This document shows positions 23,833 to 35,182 of a DNA stretch of 64,000 nt, piece by piece. The DNA is from Dudresnaya verticillata (Eukaryota). Under the pieces are notes generated by a model, which saw only the letters and a list, made by a program, of their open reading frames with translations, made no database searches and had not been told where the DNA came from. Every line of letters begins with the position of its first letter. Position 1 is the stretch's first letter. A program made the position numbers and the translations under genes. The stretch is from the NCBI GenBank assembly GCA_977862235.1, contig OZ374559.1, positions 2,480,001 through 2,544,000 on the forward strand. The letters are read 5' to 3'.

Positions 23833-24135
23833 AAGAGAGAGATGGGGACCTTTATGGTAGGGTTGGAAGGGCGCTAAGTCGCCCCGTCTACGCAAGGACC
23901 TACCTGAAGGGCAAGACGACGGCGATTGATCGCCAGCGCCTGAAAGCGGAGAAGATGAGATACAATGCGATTCGTGAGTGCTCGCGTTTCGTCCGAAGCC
24001 CCTCGTAGCCCTTCGGGAAGGGTTACTCCCTCTCTGTTCGGACGTAAAGCGGCCAATGGCACGTAACGCCTGACGAGCTTCAGTGCCATAAGTATAATAA
24101 ACCCGTGGGGGCAGTGAGGCAAAACAAAACGACAT
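23833..24135 (-). mobile_element. Decayed 3' fragment of an RLE-type LINE, bracketed by a 38-bp inverted repeat (23792-23829 / 24093-24130)
   Basis: YTYGTEARQALRAIG resembles the RLE C-terminus; ends ATAAAGGTCCCCATCTCTCTCT, like the other CRE-like tails. Confidence 0.45.
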
Positions 24136-26342
24136 CGTTCCACAAACTGTTTATTACTATTATTATTATTACTTATTATATTATGGTGGTTGAAAAGGTC
24201 ACTGACACACTCTGTTTGGATCAGGGGGCCAAACGAGTTTTGAGCATGAAAGAACAGGATTTGAATATCATATTGATGATAAAATTTACACAATTGGAGG
24301 CTGCCAGGTATCTCTTAGTTATCAGACATTGCGTGCAGGGCATAATGGACATTCGAAATGCATTGCTTCTTTATCACTCTGGGCATTTTGCTCATTCCCT
24401 CGCTACTGGTAACCTTGCAGCGTGCATTTTCACCGTATGAGATGAGGATCATTTCATTTCTTAACAAACTGGTCCAGTCGTTTAGATATAAAGTAGAGCG
24501 CGGTTGTACCCGACTTTGGCGGATCGACCGAACAAGCCCGTGGGAATAGCCCTGAACAACTACCTCATGCAAGAGAAGCCGTCTCGCTAACTAAATAGAA
24601 CCTTCCTCTCTCTCCCAGCAACTCATGGGGTATATATGGTACAGTATATATATATATGTTTGCCAAGAAGGGAACTTCTCCTACTGCAGAAAAAATGACC
24701 ATGTTTATCCTCGTTTTCTCCCTTATCTTGGCTGTTTCGGTCAACCGGCTGTGTAAAGCGCTACACGGCGCAAGCTTGTTGACCATGGCAGCCCTCCACT
24801 CATGTAAACCTCCTTGAGGGCTTTACTGGTTTCACCCTCTGAGTAAATACCATCCTCTAGGATATATACGAATATGACTTTCCTGCACAAGGCAGCTTCT
24901 TTACGTTCTGTAATGACTATCAATCATAGCCTTTTAGACTTGATTGATCTCTCCCCCTTAGGGGAAGCATGGCAATCATCTTCTGCACATACAATACTTA
25001 GGTCCCCCCCTCCCTCCTGCGGACCACACTTGCTAGTTCATGCATCAGTGAAGTCTCCACTACTTTCACCTCTACGTGTAGAGCTACACAAGATAGACAG
25101 ATCCTTCATGTCGACACTTTCAAGTTGACATATGTCTCATACAAGTGCCTACCTCTACACGTTTTTGTGATGTTGATGATGGAACCATTCCCATTCGACC
25201 TCCGCAGAAAGGATCTCCGTAAAATCACCAAACTATCAAAGGCTGGTACATGATCTACGTGAATAGCAGGGAATGGCCCTAGTGGCCGCCTTGAGGATAG
25301 TAGGTTAGTTCAGGGCGCCCTATGCCTTTGATTATTGCATCGTTGCTGAAAATAACACACATAAATTGAGCCTATTGGCGAGCCTTCTGATGTTACAAGT
25401 CTACTCCAACTCGACCAGATTTGGAATGTGTCTGGATCGGCAGTAGATGCCTATCTGAATACGCACTACAAATTTCAAACGTCATTAGGATTGTATAGTA
25501 CGTGCGGTGATAGTGCCGGAGACAATGCAATACGACGATGGATGGTAGAAAAGGTGAAGTAAACTTCAATTTCGACGCAAAGGCGGGCAAGTGGCGTGTT
25601 GGAGGCAAGGGTTGCGAAGGGATAAAAGGATCAGGATGTGGCGCAGTGCTTTGTTAAGGATGGAATCGGAGGATTTTGCGACGAGCCTTGTGGGCTAGGC
25701 AGACATATCTGCTCTCAGTGCGTCATGTGGTCGGGTCATGTGTCCACAAGCCGATGGTAAATTTGCTGAACAATAAAATACCTACCCCTTTCTAGGGGTG
25801 GCCCAAGTAAAAAAGAGATACAATTATTGTCTAATCTAAGTAATGAGCATCTGTCGTTTTACAACGCTTCATCTTATTCTCGTGAACAAAGGACTTGATC
25901 GCTGCAAATCCCTGCAGAAAGATTGCAAGTGTTTCCACGCTTGACGATATGAGAACCGTACATCCAGATGTCATAGTAAACTTCTTGTGATTTTTCAGGT
26001 GGTCCTCCCTGGGAAACTACTGGCCGGAATGTAGAAACACGAATCGTATTTATAGTGCAGTCATGACATTGGAGCGCCATTGGCTTTAATTCGTTTCCCA
26101 ACAGGTCTGAATTCCAGCTTACATGTTCACTAGAAAAGCCACATCGTGTAAGACAAGATAAAGGCTCAATAGAAACATCACATCGACGTTTGACTTCACG
26201 ACCCGGTAAAACACTCACTATCAGTAGTCCACATCCTGATTGTATTTCCTTTCAGCCGCCAAGACCACAAGTGAGCACCAAATCTCCTACGACCAACCGC
26301 GGCTTGTTTGACACACACTCTCTCTGTTGGATCTACTCTCAT

Positions 26343-26571
26343 AGCGCACTTCAAAAGTTCGCTGCTTTCGTGGCCACGCGCCGGGGAACAAATCCTACTA
26401 CTGAATACCATTCGTTAGTTTCACCACTGGTTTCCCGCATTCTCCAGCTCACCGCCCTCGCCGTGAATCGTCGACGTCCCATTAGTCCAGGTCTTCCAGT
26501 AGTCATCAGCGGCTAAGTCATTAGGGTTTCCGCTGTTTGTCTTGCTTCAATAAAGTTGTGATGATGATGAT
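26343..26571 (+). mobile_element. Mirror copy of the 229-bp (GAT)n-tailed retroposon
   Basis: GATCTACTCTCAT TSD at 26330-26342 and 26572-26584. Confidence 0.8.
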
Positions 26572-27523
26572 GATCTACTCTCATCTTCCAAGTGTTTGGG
26601 CGAGTTCTGGACGCCATGTCATGCCCTACCAATAATTTCGCGACTTGTCATTTTTTGTTTGCAAACGCCACACCAATTGGATTATTTAACGCAAACGATT
26701 GTACAATAGTACCAATGCAGTGAGTGAGGCGGTGTCGACCTGACGAAGAGGAGGCCTGAGGGATAGATCCAGAAATGTTGAATTTCAGGACCGACATTTA
26801 CACTCTTCATGTCCACGACGACATTTACGCCCTCCATGTCAATGACGACATTTGTACTCTGCATGTTCCTCACGTGACACTACCGGTGATTATGAGCCTA
26901 GTTACCGGCAAGCATTCACAGACCTGGCTGGGAGCCGAATTCCCATGCCGCGTGGAACTGCTCCTAGTTACCTGCCTCGGTTGCTTGCTGTATGGCTACG
27001 TACTGCGCACCAGTCTCTTTGTCCTAGAAGGAACTCCGGCCCACGAATGTGCTGCATCGCATGAAATTTTCAACTGAAGAAGACTGAATTGTTATCAAGT
27101 TAAGGGTATGAGGTTACGCCCTTACGACCTTCATGGGATACATTTTAGTAGGATGGTTGTCGTAAGCAGTGCTCATTTAGTTCAATGGAATTCCTAGGTA
27201 AGCATCAAAACCCAGTGACATGGGATACGTATGTTCGAACGGAGTAACTTGTCGATAGACCGAATAATCTGTAAAGACCAAGAGAACCAACAAGCACCTA
27301 TGTGGGATAACCCTAAACAATTTGTAAATGTTTACCATCACCTATGTCAGGACAAATGTTTACGGTGCCAGTTTTGAAACAGATTTGTTAGGAGATCTCC
27401 TGTGCAATGCGGCATCATATTCCTAGATTGTCGTGGTGGCGATGCCGGTTAGGGACTTTGTTGGTTTTCCACTTCCTAACAACTAACACCTTAGATAACG
27501 AGGAATTTGAACAGAACTTGTAC

Positions 27524-27530
27524 TATATAA
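27524..27530 (+). promoter_or_regulatory. Putative TATA box of tectonin copy 2
   Basis: TATATAA ~135 bp upstream of ATG 27662. Confidence 0.5.
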
Positions 27531-27661
27531 GTGTGTCTAATAAGCAGCTTCAAACGCCAACCTGAACTCTCCAGACAAGACAGTCTTCCGATCGAGTCTC
27601 AAGAACTGTTGGTATTTCTCTAACGGCCAGGATTTCTCATCGCCCTGGAAAACTTTCAGTC

Positions 27662-28495
27662 ATGGAGTTCGCTACCTCGAGCAAGCTGTTTGTCTTCTTC
27701 GTGCTTGCATTGGCTTCGAAGTTTGAGCCAGCAACAGCAGACCCGTCTGGAACTGCATGGAGTAGGATCGATGGTACCCTGAAGCAGGTTGACGTTGGGG
27801 CGCAAGGCGTCTGGGGAGTCAACCGCAACGACAACATTTATCGCCGCAGTGGAATCACATTCGGAAATCCTAGTGGTTCTAATTGGCAACAGGTAAGCGG
27901 AAAACTGAAGCACATATCGGTCGGTCCTAGAGACGTGTGGGGTGTCAACGCCAACAACCAGATCTACCGTCGAGTAGGGATTTCCTTTTCCAACCCTGCC
28001 GGATCGGCATGGAGGAGGATAGATGGTACCCTGAAGCAGATTGACGTTGGGGCTCGGGGCGTGTGGGGAGTGAACCGCAACGACAACGTCTATCGCCGCA
28101 TTGGGGTCACAGCCAGTAATCCTGGTGGTGCCAGTTGGCAGCTGGTGGACGGAAAGCTGAAGCACATTTCAGTCGGTTCTAACGATGTGTGGGGTGTCAA
28201 CTCCAACAACCAGATATACCGTCGAGTAGGTATTTCCCCTTCCAACCCCAGTGGATTGTCGTGGAGGAGGATCGATGGTACCCTGAAGCAAATTGACGTT
28301 GGGTCCCTAGGCGTCTGGGGAGTCAATCGCCACGACAACATTTACCGCCGTCTTGGAATCACACCAAGCAATCAGGGTAGATCTAGCTGGCAACAGGTGG
28401 GTGGAAAGCTGATGCACATATCAGTGGGGCCTAATGCGGTGTGGGGAGTCAACGCCAATAACTTTGTCTACCGTCGCGTTGGAATAACCGCCTGA
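27662..28495 (+). CDS. Secreted tectonin-like six-bladed beta-propeller lectin (copy 2)
   Basis: Same protein as copy 1 except NQGGSS->NQGRSS. Confidence 0.9.
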   Translation: MEFATSSKLFVFFVLALASKFEPATADPSGTAWSRIDGTLKQVDVGAQGVWGVNRNDNIYRRSGITFGNPSGSNWQQVSGKLKHISVGPRDVWGVNANNQIYRRVGISFSNPAGSAWRRIDGTLKQIDVGARGVWGVNRNDNVYRRIGVTASNPGGASWQLVDGKLKHISVGSNDVWGVNSNNQIYRRVGISPSNPSGLSWRRIDGTLKQIDVGSLGVWGVNRHDNIYRRLGITPSNQGRSSWQQVGGKLMHISVGPNAVWGVNANNFVYRRVGITA

Positions 28496-28663
28496 GAGTG
28501 ATCAATGGTAATGAAATCTACTTTGGAGCTAGAACATCCCATGGTGATAAAGTTTACTCAACAAACTTCATCTAGTGTACCTGAAAGCCAGAGAGTCGTT
28601 TGTGCCGAGAAAACTAGGAAAAGAGATGTTTTCGAGGTAGAGAGAGAGAGACCTCTATTTATC

Positions 28664-28737
28664 GAGGTAGAGCAAAAAATAGGAGATGCGAATATCGTAC
28701 GAGGTAGAGCAAAAAATAGGAGATGCGAATATCGTAC
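28664..28737. repeat. 37-bp tandem duplication specific to the right arm
   Basis: GAGGTAGAGCAAAAAATAGGAGATGCGAATATCGTAC twice; single copy in the left arm. Confidence 0.85.
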
Positions 28738-28987
28738 ATACCGCTTACGAGCAAAGCCCATTTCGAGAAGTACAAATGTAAACGGCTCACTGGAAGAGGG
28801 AGGCGCTGGAGCGACGCGATAGGTTCCCTCTATGAACGAGAACTTGTCCGTTCACTTTATTTTCTATTGCAGGGTCCCTCCGTTGTCCCAACCCTGCCCT
28901 TTGACAGTCCTCACTATGCATTTTCCCGTACTCATCCGAACAGCAAATTCCAGTCCGAAAATCCCGTAACTCGCAACAAAAGAAAAG

Positions 28988-30703
28988 TCAAAGACCCTGA
29001 TGTCTGCAGTCCAAATGGTGACCCAAGTTGGTTTTTGTAGAGGCAATGTAGTCACAATGGGGACAAGGAAAACGTCGTTCTTTCCTATGAGTGATGGCTA
29101 CATGGCGAGCCAAGTTGCAGTTGTAATGGCTCGAGTAGCTGCACTCCTTACAATGGACCAATTTTCTTCGCTTTGGGTGCGGCATTATTCCAGGAGCCAT
29201 GTTTTCATCGTTGGTCGTACTCTGGCGATTTCCAACTCCCGGCATAGGTTTAGAGAAACGCGAGTGCCCAGGCGTGCTTCGTCTGTGAGCTGTGACTGCT
29301 TGACTGTTTTTGAACCAAACATCACACTCTGGACATTTCACATTCTTTTCTCTGTGGGCAACGCGCACGTGACGCAGGCAGTTCAATCGAATACCGAACT
29401 CCGACTTGCACTCACTACACATGTACCTTCGCTGGCTTGATGGAGTTCCATGGCAGTGACCAATATGACGACGAAGTGCTGTTCTGGTCTCGAAAGTCCG
29501 ACCACACCCGTCGAACATGCACTTAGCAGAGCTTTCATTCTCTTCCGCTGCAAATTTCATATGAATGTCCTCAACACGGATGCTCATCTGTGAATCAATA
29601 GTTGGAGAAATTCCGGGACGGGTATCACTTTGCGTCTGTGGAGAAACACTGTTTGGTTCTGAACTCCTCATGCGCAAATCATGTGTCTCATTTCTGGAGC
29701 AAGGTTGTGGGTCGAGAACTGGGGCTAGGCTGGGATGGAGAGGTAAGTGCAAAGAAAGATCAGGCCCGTGGTTACTGGTATTACCACAATCTTGTTGGCG
29801 TATCAATTCTCTGTGTTCGGGATCACGAACCGGTTGTCCACACGGTCTAACCTCAAGTGCATTCGTCTGAGAATCCAACGGGACAGACTCTGCGCTGCCG
29901 CCAGAAGCTATCATGGGCTCTGGGTTCCCATCTTCCTTTGATATATCTTCTTCGATTTGCTGAGATAAGCGATGTTCCTTAAAACTCGAGTCTACTTCTT
30001 GGGTGTTCGGATTTCTTTGGCTATCTTCACTTGGGAAATAGCGAGTACTGCAAGGAACAAACCCTCTTTGCACCGTGTTAAGACCCAAATCTTTGCTTCC
30101 TTTATCTGCAATCTGCTCTTCTCCTTCCAATCCCGGAACTTCAAGTAAATGTCCAAAGTCAATAGGGTACAGCTTATTCTGTGCACTGGAGTGTACATCA
30201 AGCTCTAGCTCTGAGACTGGGTTGTTCTGAACGGGAATCAAACATCCATCATAGCCACGAACCCCAGAAAGGGTCCCAAAAAACGCGTCCCCTCCAGTGC
30301 CTGGGGTTTGAAGTTCCCACTCTGTTATTGGAGTCCTCCTCCTTATTGTCGTCTGGGACGGCTCTCTCAATTGAGCATCCCTGTTCAATTTCATCTGTCT
30401 TCAAATGAGGAACCGTGCCCGCAGTTTTCCCGAGACTTGTTCCGCTAGCTATACGCTCTGAGTTGTTAATGTTGAGAAACTCAATGGTATCAATTTCATC
30501 AGCTGTCAGGGCCCGGAATGAAGAGACTTCGGCCTCCAAAGCAGAGATCAATGGCCGATCTTTAGGACTGAGTGTTTGAGGTTCCGGAACGACGGGAACG
30601 TCCTCATTGAGACCGATACCCTTCCAAAGGCCCCTTCTTCAACGGTATGGGAAGTAGAAGGCGAGCCGCATCCGTATTCCGATTCCAAGAGAAGGGGAAA
30701 CAT
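28988..30703 (-). pseudogene. C2H2 zinc-finger gene copy 2 with two compensating frameshifts (true pseudogene or homopolymer errors)
   Basis: Versus the left copy: G5->G4 (30631-30634) and G2->G3 (30316-30318); stop at 30548. The C-terminal finger region is identical. Confidence 0.75.
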
Positions 30704-31650
30704 CGTTTGTAGACAAGACTCTTGGGAGCAGGTGGGTTGAAGGAACACAGGGTGGAAACAAAGTGGAGGTATGCATCAGAATGCTGTACAATGCTCAGAT
30801 GTACTACTACCGCGGCCTTTAAAGCAATAAGAAGTGGTGTCGGAGTAGGCGGGCAGACTCGTAGCTTCTGCCAGTAGCGTGAAGCCGGCAAGGATATAGC
30901 CGTTCAGATATATTTCTGGGGGTACACTGTAACATCCTTTATTTTGGGCACATTTGGGCAACATGCCGTTCAGAAGGTCGCTTCGCAGGAACAATCAGAG
31001 AGTTTGCATGGTTTATTGGAGTCCTGCGGCGGAGGGAAGGCGTTGAGTTTGGGGCTACCGTTGGTACCCAAATAGATGCGAAACTTCGCAAAAAGTAGCT
31101 ACTTTGAATATTCAAACTAGCAACACTGGCGCATGGCGCGGATACAGGATGCGTTGCGCTTAGCGCGGATGGCGGCGATGTTTGAAAAGCGAGGAAGTTT
31201 GTGTTGTTTAGTGGGTTCCATCAAAAGAGGGTAAGTACTCTAGGAGAGAATAAGTTGCTGTGGGAAATGCCGACCGCGACACACTGGAGAACGACTGTAT
31301 TGATGGACGCTAAGGGAACAAGATTCTCAGCAACCGGCGAGGTACCTTTCCTGACCGCAACTTAATCAGCGATACTTTGAATACCAGTGCAGAAAGCGCC
31401 CGACACCAGTACAAACGAATACATCACGAACCATAGCACATACAGGTGCCGCTAAGAACACGCCGATAATTCGAAGGCGTGATATGTTTACGGAGGGCAC
31501 AATGGCTCATCCTGAGATTCTACCGGTGGCACGGAGAAGGGAATGAAGACTTGTACCAGAGGAATTGAAGCCTTGCTGATGATGTGCAAAGCTCCGGAAA
31601 TCAATGGATCGGCCGCTGAGGAGATCTTTGTGTCGAGCACCAAGCTCACC

Positions 31651-32416
31651 AGAGAGAGAGAGAGAGAACTTTTAATGATCTCAACGGAAGACGGGGCCAC
31701 GTAAACTCGCAAACTTTCTCCTGCCCCAATGCTTCCTATTCCTTAAGTCTCTGTGAAGGGACTTACTGCTTGAGTGTTCGCGAAGGTCTTCCCACCGGAA
31801 GGCGGTGGAGTCGTTGGACCTTTGGGCGGCAAAACGCTGTGCGGAAATTAACAAAAATCCACACCATCGGAATGTAAGCCGACGCATTACACTGATCTCG
31901 CGATCTTCGCGAGTTGTCTCTCCGAAGGAAAGCTAGACGCAACTCCGAGGCTTCGGTGCCCCCCGACTCGCGGCTCCTTCGTGCCGAGCTCTGCATCCTT
32001 CTTCGTTTACGCTCTTACCGTCAGGTGACTTAGCTGCCGCCAAAGCCCCAACATGAGCGCGAGCTGGGAGCCCACTCGGACGCAGCGATCCGGACTAGGC
32101 GCTAGACGCCGTTTCCCACCCGCAGGTCCGGCATCCACCCGATCCATTCGTCCAAATGAATGAACAGCACTGCGCTGTCCGCCAGACTGCGCCAATGTGA
32201 GCAAGCTGTCTGTTCCCCGTGTCATCGAGTGTGCAGAGGATCTATCCTACCAACACGTTCTGCATGTCGTAGCCCTTGGATACCAGGGCCATCCCAAGTG
32301 CGGCGGACTGTGGAAGGGCTTGAGTCGGCTCGCACTACGCCGTGGCAGACAGCAGGCCACGGCTGGAACCATGCTTCTCAGCACGTTCGCATGATCTTCC
32401 AGGGCTATCTCAACCG
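31651..32416 (-). mobile_element. Mirror copy of the decayed CRE-like LINE 3' part
   Basis: Reverse complement of 7480-8245. Confidence 0.45.
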
Positions 32417-33265
32417 CATAGCCCGTGACGAGCACTGGGGAACTGACCGCGTCGGCGGCGCCACCTTATCGTACGTCGCTTCTTGGGCCCCTCGCAATTT
32501 CTATCCAGGTGCGGCTTATTTCCGAGTCAGCGTGAGGTTGATGGCTACCGAGTCGATGGATAGTTTGGATAGTCTTTTGTTGTACCAGATTCCTTACCTA
32601 GAAGCACCAGCGCGGTCATTCAAGGCGAACAGCGAGGAAGAAATGACAGACCTTGAGCCATCTTGGATACCCTGCGGACAGGGGTTCTTCTTGTCTTGCA
32701 GAACTTTGTCCTCGAGCAGGCATACTCGTGGGATACTGATGTTTGTTGTCGTAACGATCACGTTCATGGACATCGGTGTTGCCCGGTTCCGAGACCTGCT
32801 GGCAACCCCGGACTGACGATGTGAACAAGGGCGATGCCGTCCAGGAGAAGTATGCTCTCCCAGAAGTAGCAGGCTAGCCCAGCTGTGGCTAAGTTTCTTG
32901 CGCCGCTGCCTTGTCGTGTCGGTCCCTGCCCAGTGTCCGTACTGGAAGGTGGCGGCCGCTCCGGCCCTGGTCCCGAGCCCCGAAGCCATAATCAATGGTG
33001 CATACCATCCTCGAGAGCAATAGAGCACCTCGAGCACTTTATTTCACGCCCCGTAACATACCTTGACCAAGGGTTCCGGCCCCGTTTCCCGTCGTGCTCT
33101 TCCAACTGCATCATCTATCCTCTACAGGCCACTTCGAGACATCGTACTGTTCAACCCCACAACACGAGCGAGCCCTCAAAGCACTTGCTCCAACAGACCC
33201 TCTTCGTGCGACTGCACAAAAGCTCGCGCGCGTGCATGTCCCTCTTCGCGTTCCACACCGCCACG

Positions 33266-33466
33266 GTCTTGTACTGAACCGGACAGGATCTGCTGCCAGT
33301 CCGAAGTTACCCCTACGCACCGCATCCAAATCGTGCGATCACGCAACTTCTCACCCACAGCATTACTATTGCCCAAGTCGCACACCCGCACTGTTTCGTC
33401 CACTGAGCGAAACACTCTGCGCCACCCGTCTGGACTCCTCGCCACCCACAACGCTCATTCCGTGAA
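33266..33466 (-). pseudogene. Mirror copy of the WD40 fragment
   Basis: Reverse complement of 6430-6630. Confidence 0.65.
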
Positions 33467-34220
33467 CAGTGCAGCGTCTTCCCCACAGGCTTATCGTTCC
33501 CCACCATAGCACTCACGCCGTTTTGTCTGGGCTCAACACGATGTGACGCCTGTCTAGGGTCGCTCTGACGCAAGACTCCACCTCTCGAGTACCCGTGCGA
33601 GGGCTTGGTCACGGGCTTGCCGCTTCTAACCAGCCAACCCGAACCGCCATGTCGTACGAGTCGGACCCAATATGGCTCTAATCAATACCGAAATGCTGCC
33701 ATTGAGGTTCTAGGTTTCCCTATTGGGGCTGACAATTCCTGTAAGGCTATCTTGACGAAGAAACTACAGTCCGTGGCTCTGCTCTGGGATCGTTTACTTT
33801 CTCTCGGTGACCCTCAACTTGTGTTTCACCTTCTACGATTCTGTGCTGGTGTATCAAAACTATCCTACCTGCTTCGAACTGCCCCTCCGCACTTAACCTC
33901 TTCCATTGCCGTGTCCCACGACCTTGGAATGCGACGGGTGTTTGAACAAACTCATTGTCTCTTAACCGATTCGATTTGGAAGCTCAGTTCTCTACCGCTG
34001 CGATCTGGTGGCCTAGGACTGACTAGAACTTCTGCTGTGGTGGATCTCAGCTATCTAGCGTCTCTCGGTTCAAGCATGTCTACCATCCGGACAGTTCTTG
34101 GTCTTTTTCCCTTCCCTGCTGACAAGACCCTTGGGCCTTCCCTAGGCCGTCTACGCTCTTCTGCTGGCAAAAATTATCAAGCCCGACTTAATGATGTAAC
34201 CACATTCTTGAATTCTTTCC

Positions 34221-34530
34221 ATGTTGTGTCAAAGATGCCGCTTTACAGGTATGAAAAGACTGACCAAGAACAGCGAACTTCGCTGAGCGTCCCGAAGGGG
34301 TATCTAGGGTACTGTATATGGTCCACCGAATAGTTGTCACCAGGATTGACGCCGACTCAAGATGGTTCGCAAATGCAGGACGCTAATTTGGGTACAGTGC
34401 CGAAAATGGTGTCGACAACAGTGACTCCCAATACGACTCCCGGGCGATACTCTGCAATGCCTTGTACGCTACTCTCGGGGACATCTAGGCTGTACTTAAG
34501 GGAGCCGGAAACTCTTCGTAGAGAGTTCCG
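34221..34530 (+). repeat. DIRS direct repeat A1
   Basis: Matches 38251-38560 with 3 substitutions seen. Confidence 0.92.
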
Positions 34531-35182
34531 AATCCTTTTCCAACAAGTTGGTAAAGGTGTCACGCTCATTTCCGAGAGGGAATGTCTCAGACCGATGACC
34601 GAGAACCGAGCCTTTCGAGAAAGCAACATCAAAGGTGCCGAACCGGAGGAGTATAGCAAGATTCTCAATCACCTCATGGCTAACAGTCTTGTTGGTCGTG
34701 CTCAGCTTTGGCCACGCAGCGCGATTGTTCAACCGCATCATCCAAGCTATTTCAAGCCCCAGTCCAATTTGTACCGCGACACCGTCAAAAAGGATCGCCG
34801 TAATGGGAAAGAGCTCGAAGACATACACAGCTCCGGTACTTGGTTGGAACAGTCGCTTGCCGCCCTGGAACTATTCAAGTCTAGTTCGGATCCGCAAGAG
34901 AAGGCTCGCTTGCTCTTCATACTCGAAGAATCAATTCGTGCCAGTACGGAAATCCTCGCGATGCGCACATCGCATTTCCACGGCATTATCACGAAGGGTC
35001 CAGCACATGCACGCCTGCTTGCTCATCTTGTCGAGGCTAAGGTGGAAGCAAAGCACTCTCAAGTACCTTCCGCACTCTACGCTGATGTCTATAATGAGCT
35101 CTCTGCCATATACATCAACGAAGCTGCGAAAGGCATCGCTCGTAACTCTACCGCGCCCAAGGAGGTCGCGAGCGATCAATGA
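34334..35182 (+). CDS. gag: DIRS ORF1, gag-like by position
   Basis: 282-codon frame starting inside repeat A1 (first ATG 34373); its stop overlaps the pol ATG (ATGA 35179-35182). No diagnostic motif. Confidence 0.65.
   Translation: MSPGLTPTQDGSQMQDANLGTVPKMVSTTVTPNTTPGRYSAMPCTLLSGTSRLYLREPETLRREFRILFQQVGKGVTLISERECLRPMTENRAFRESNIKGAEPEEYSKILNHLMANSLVGRAQLWPRSAIVQPHHPSYFKPQSNLYRDTVKKDRRNGKELEDIHSSGTWLEQSLAALELFKSSSDPQEKARLLFILEESIRASTEILAMRTSHFHGIITKGPAHARLLAHLVEAKVEAKHSQVPSALYADVYNELSAIYINEAAKGIARNSTAPKEVASDQ

Larger units (their letters stand above)
24501..34152. repeat. Right arm of the large inverted repeat (partner 5744-15798)
   Basis: Reverse complement of the left arm. Inner end CGGTTGTACCCGACTTTG at 24501; first cluster of outer mismatches at 34153-34176. 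Confidence 0.97.
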
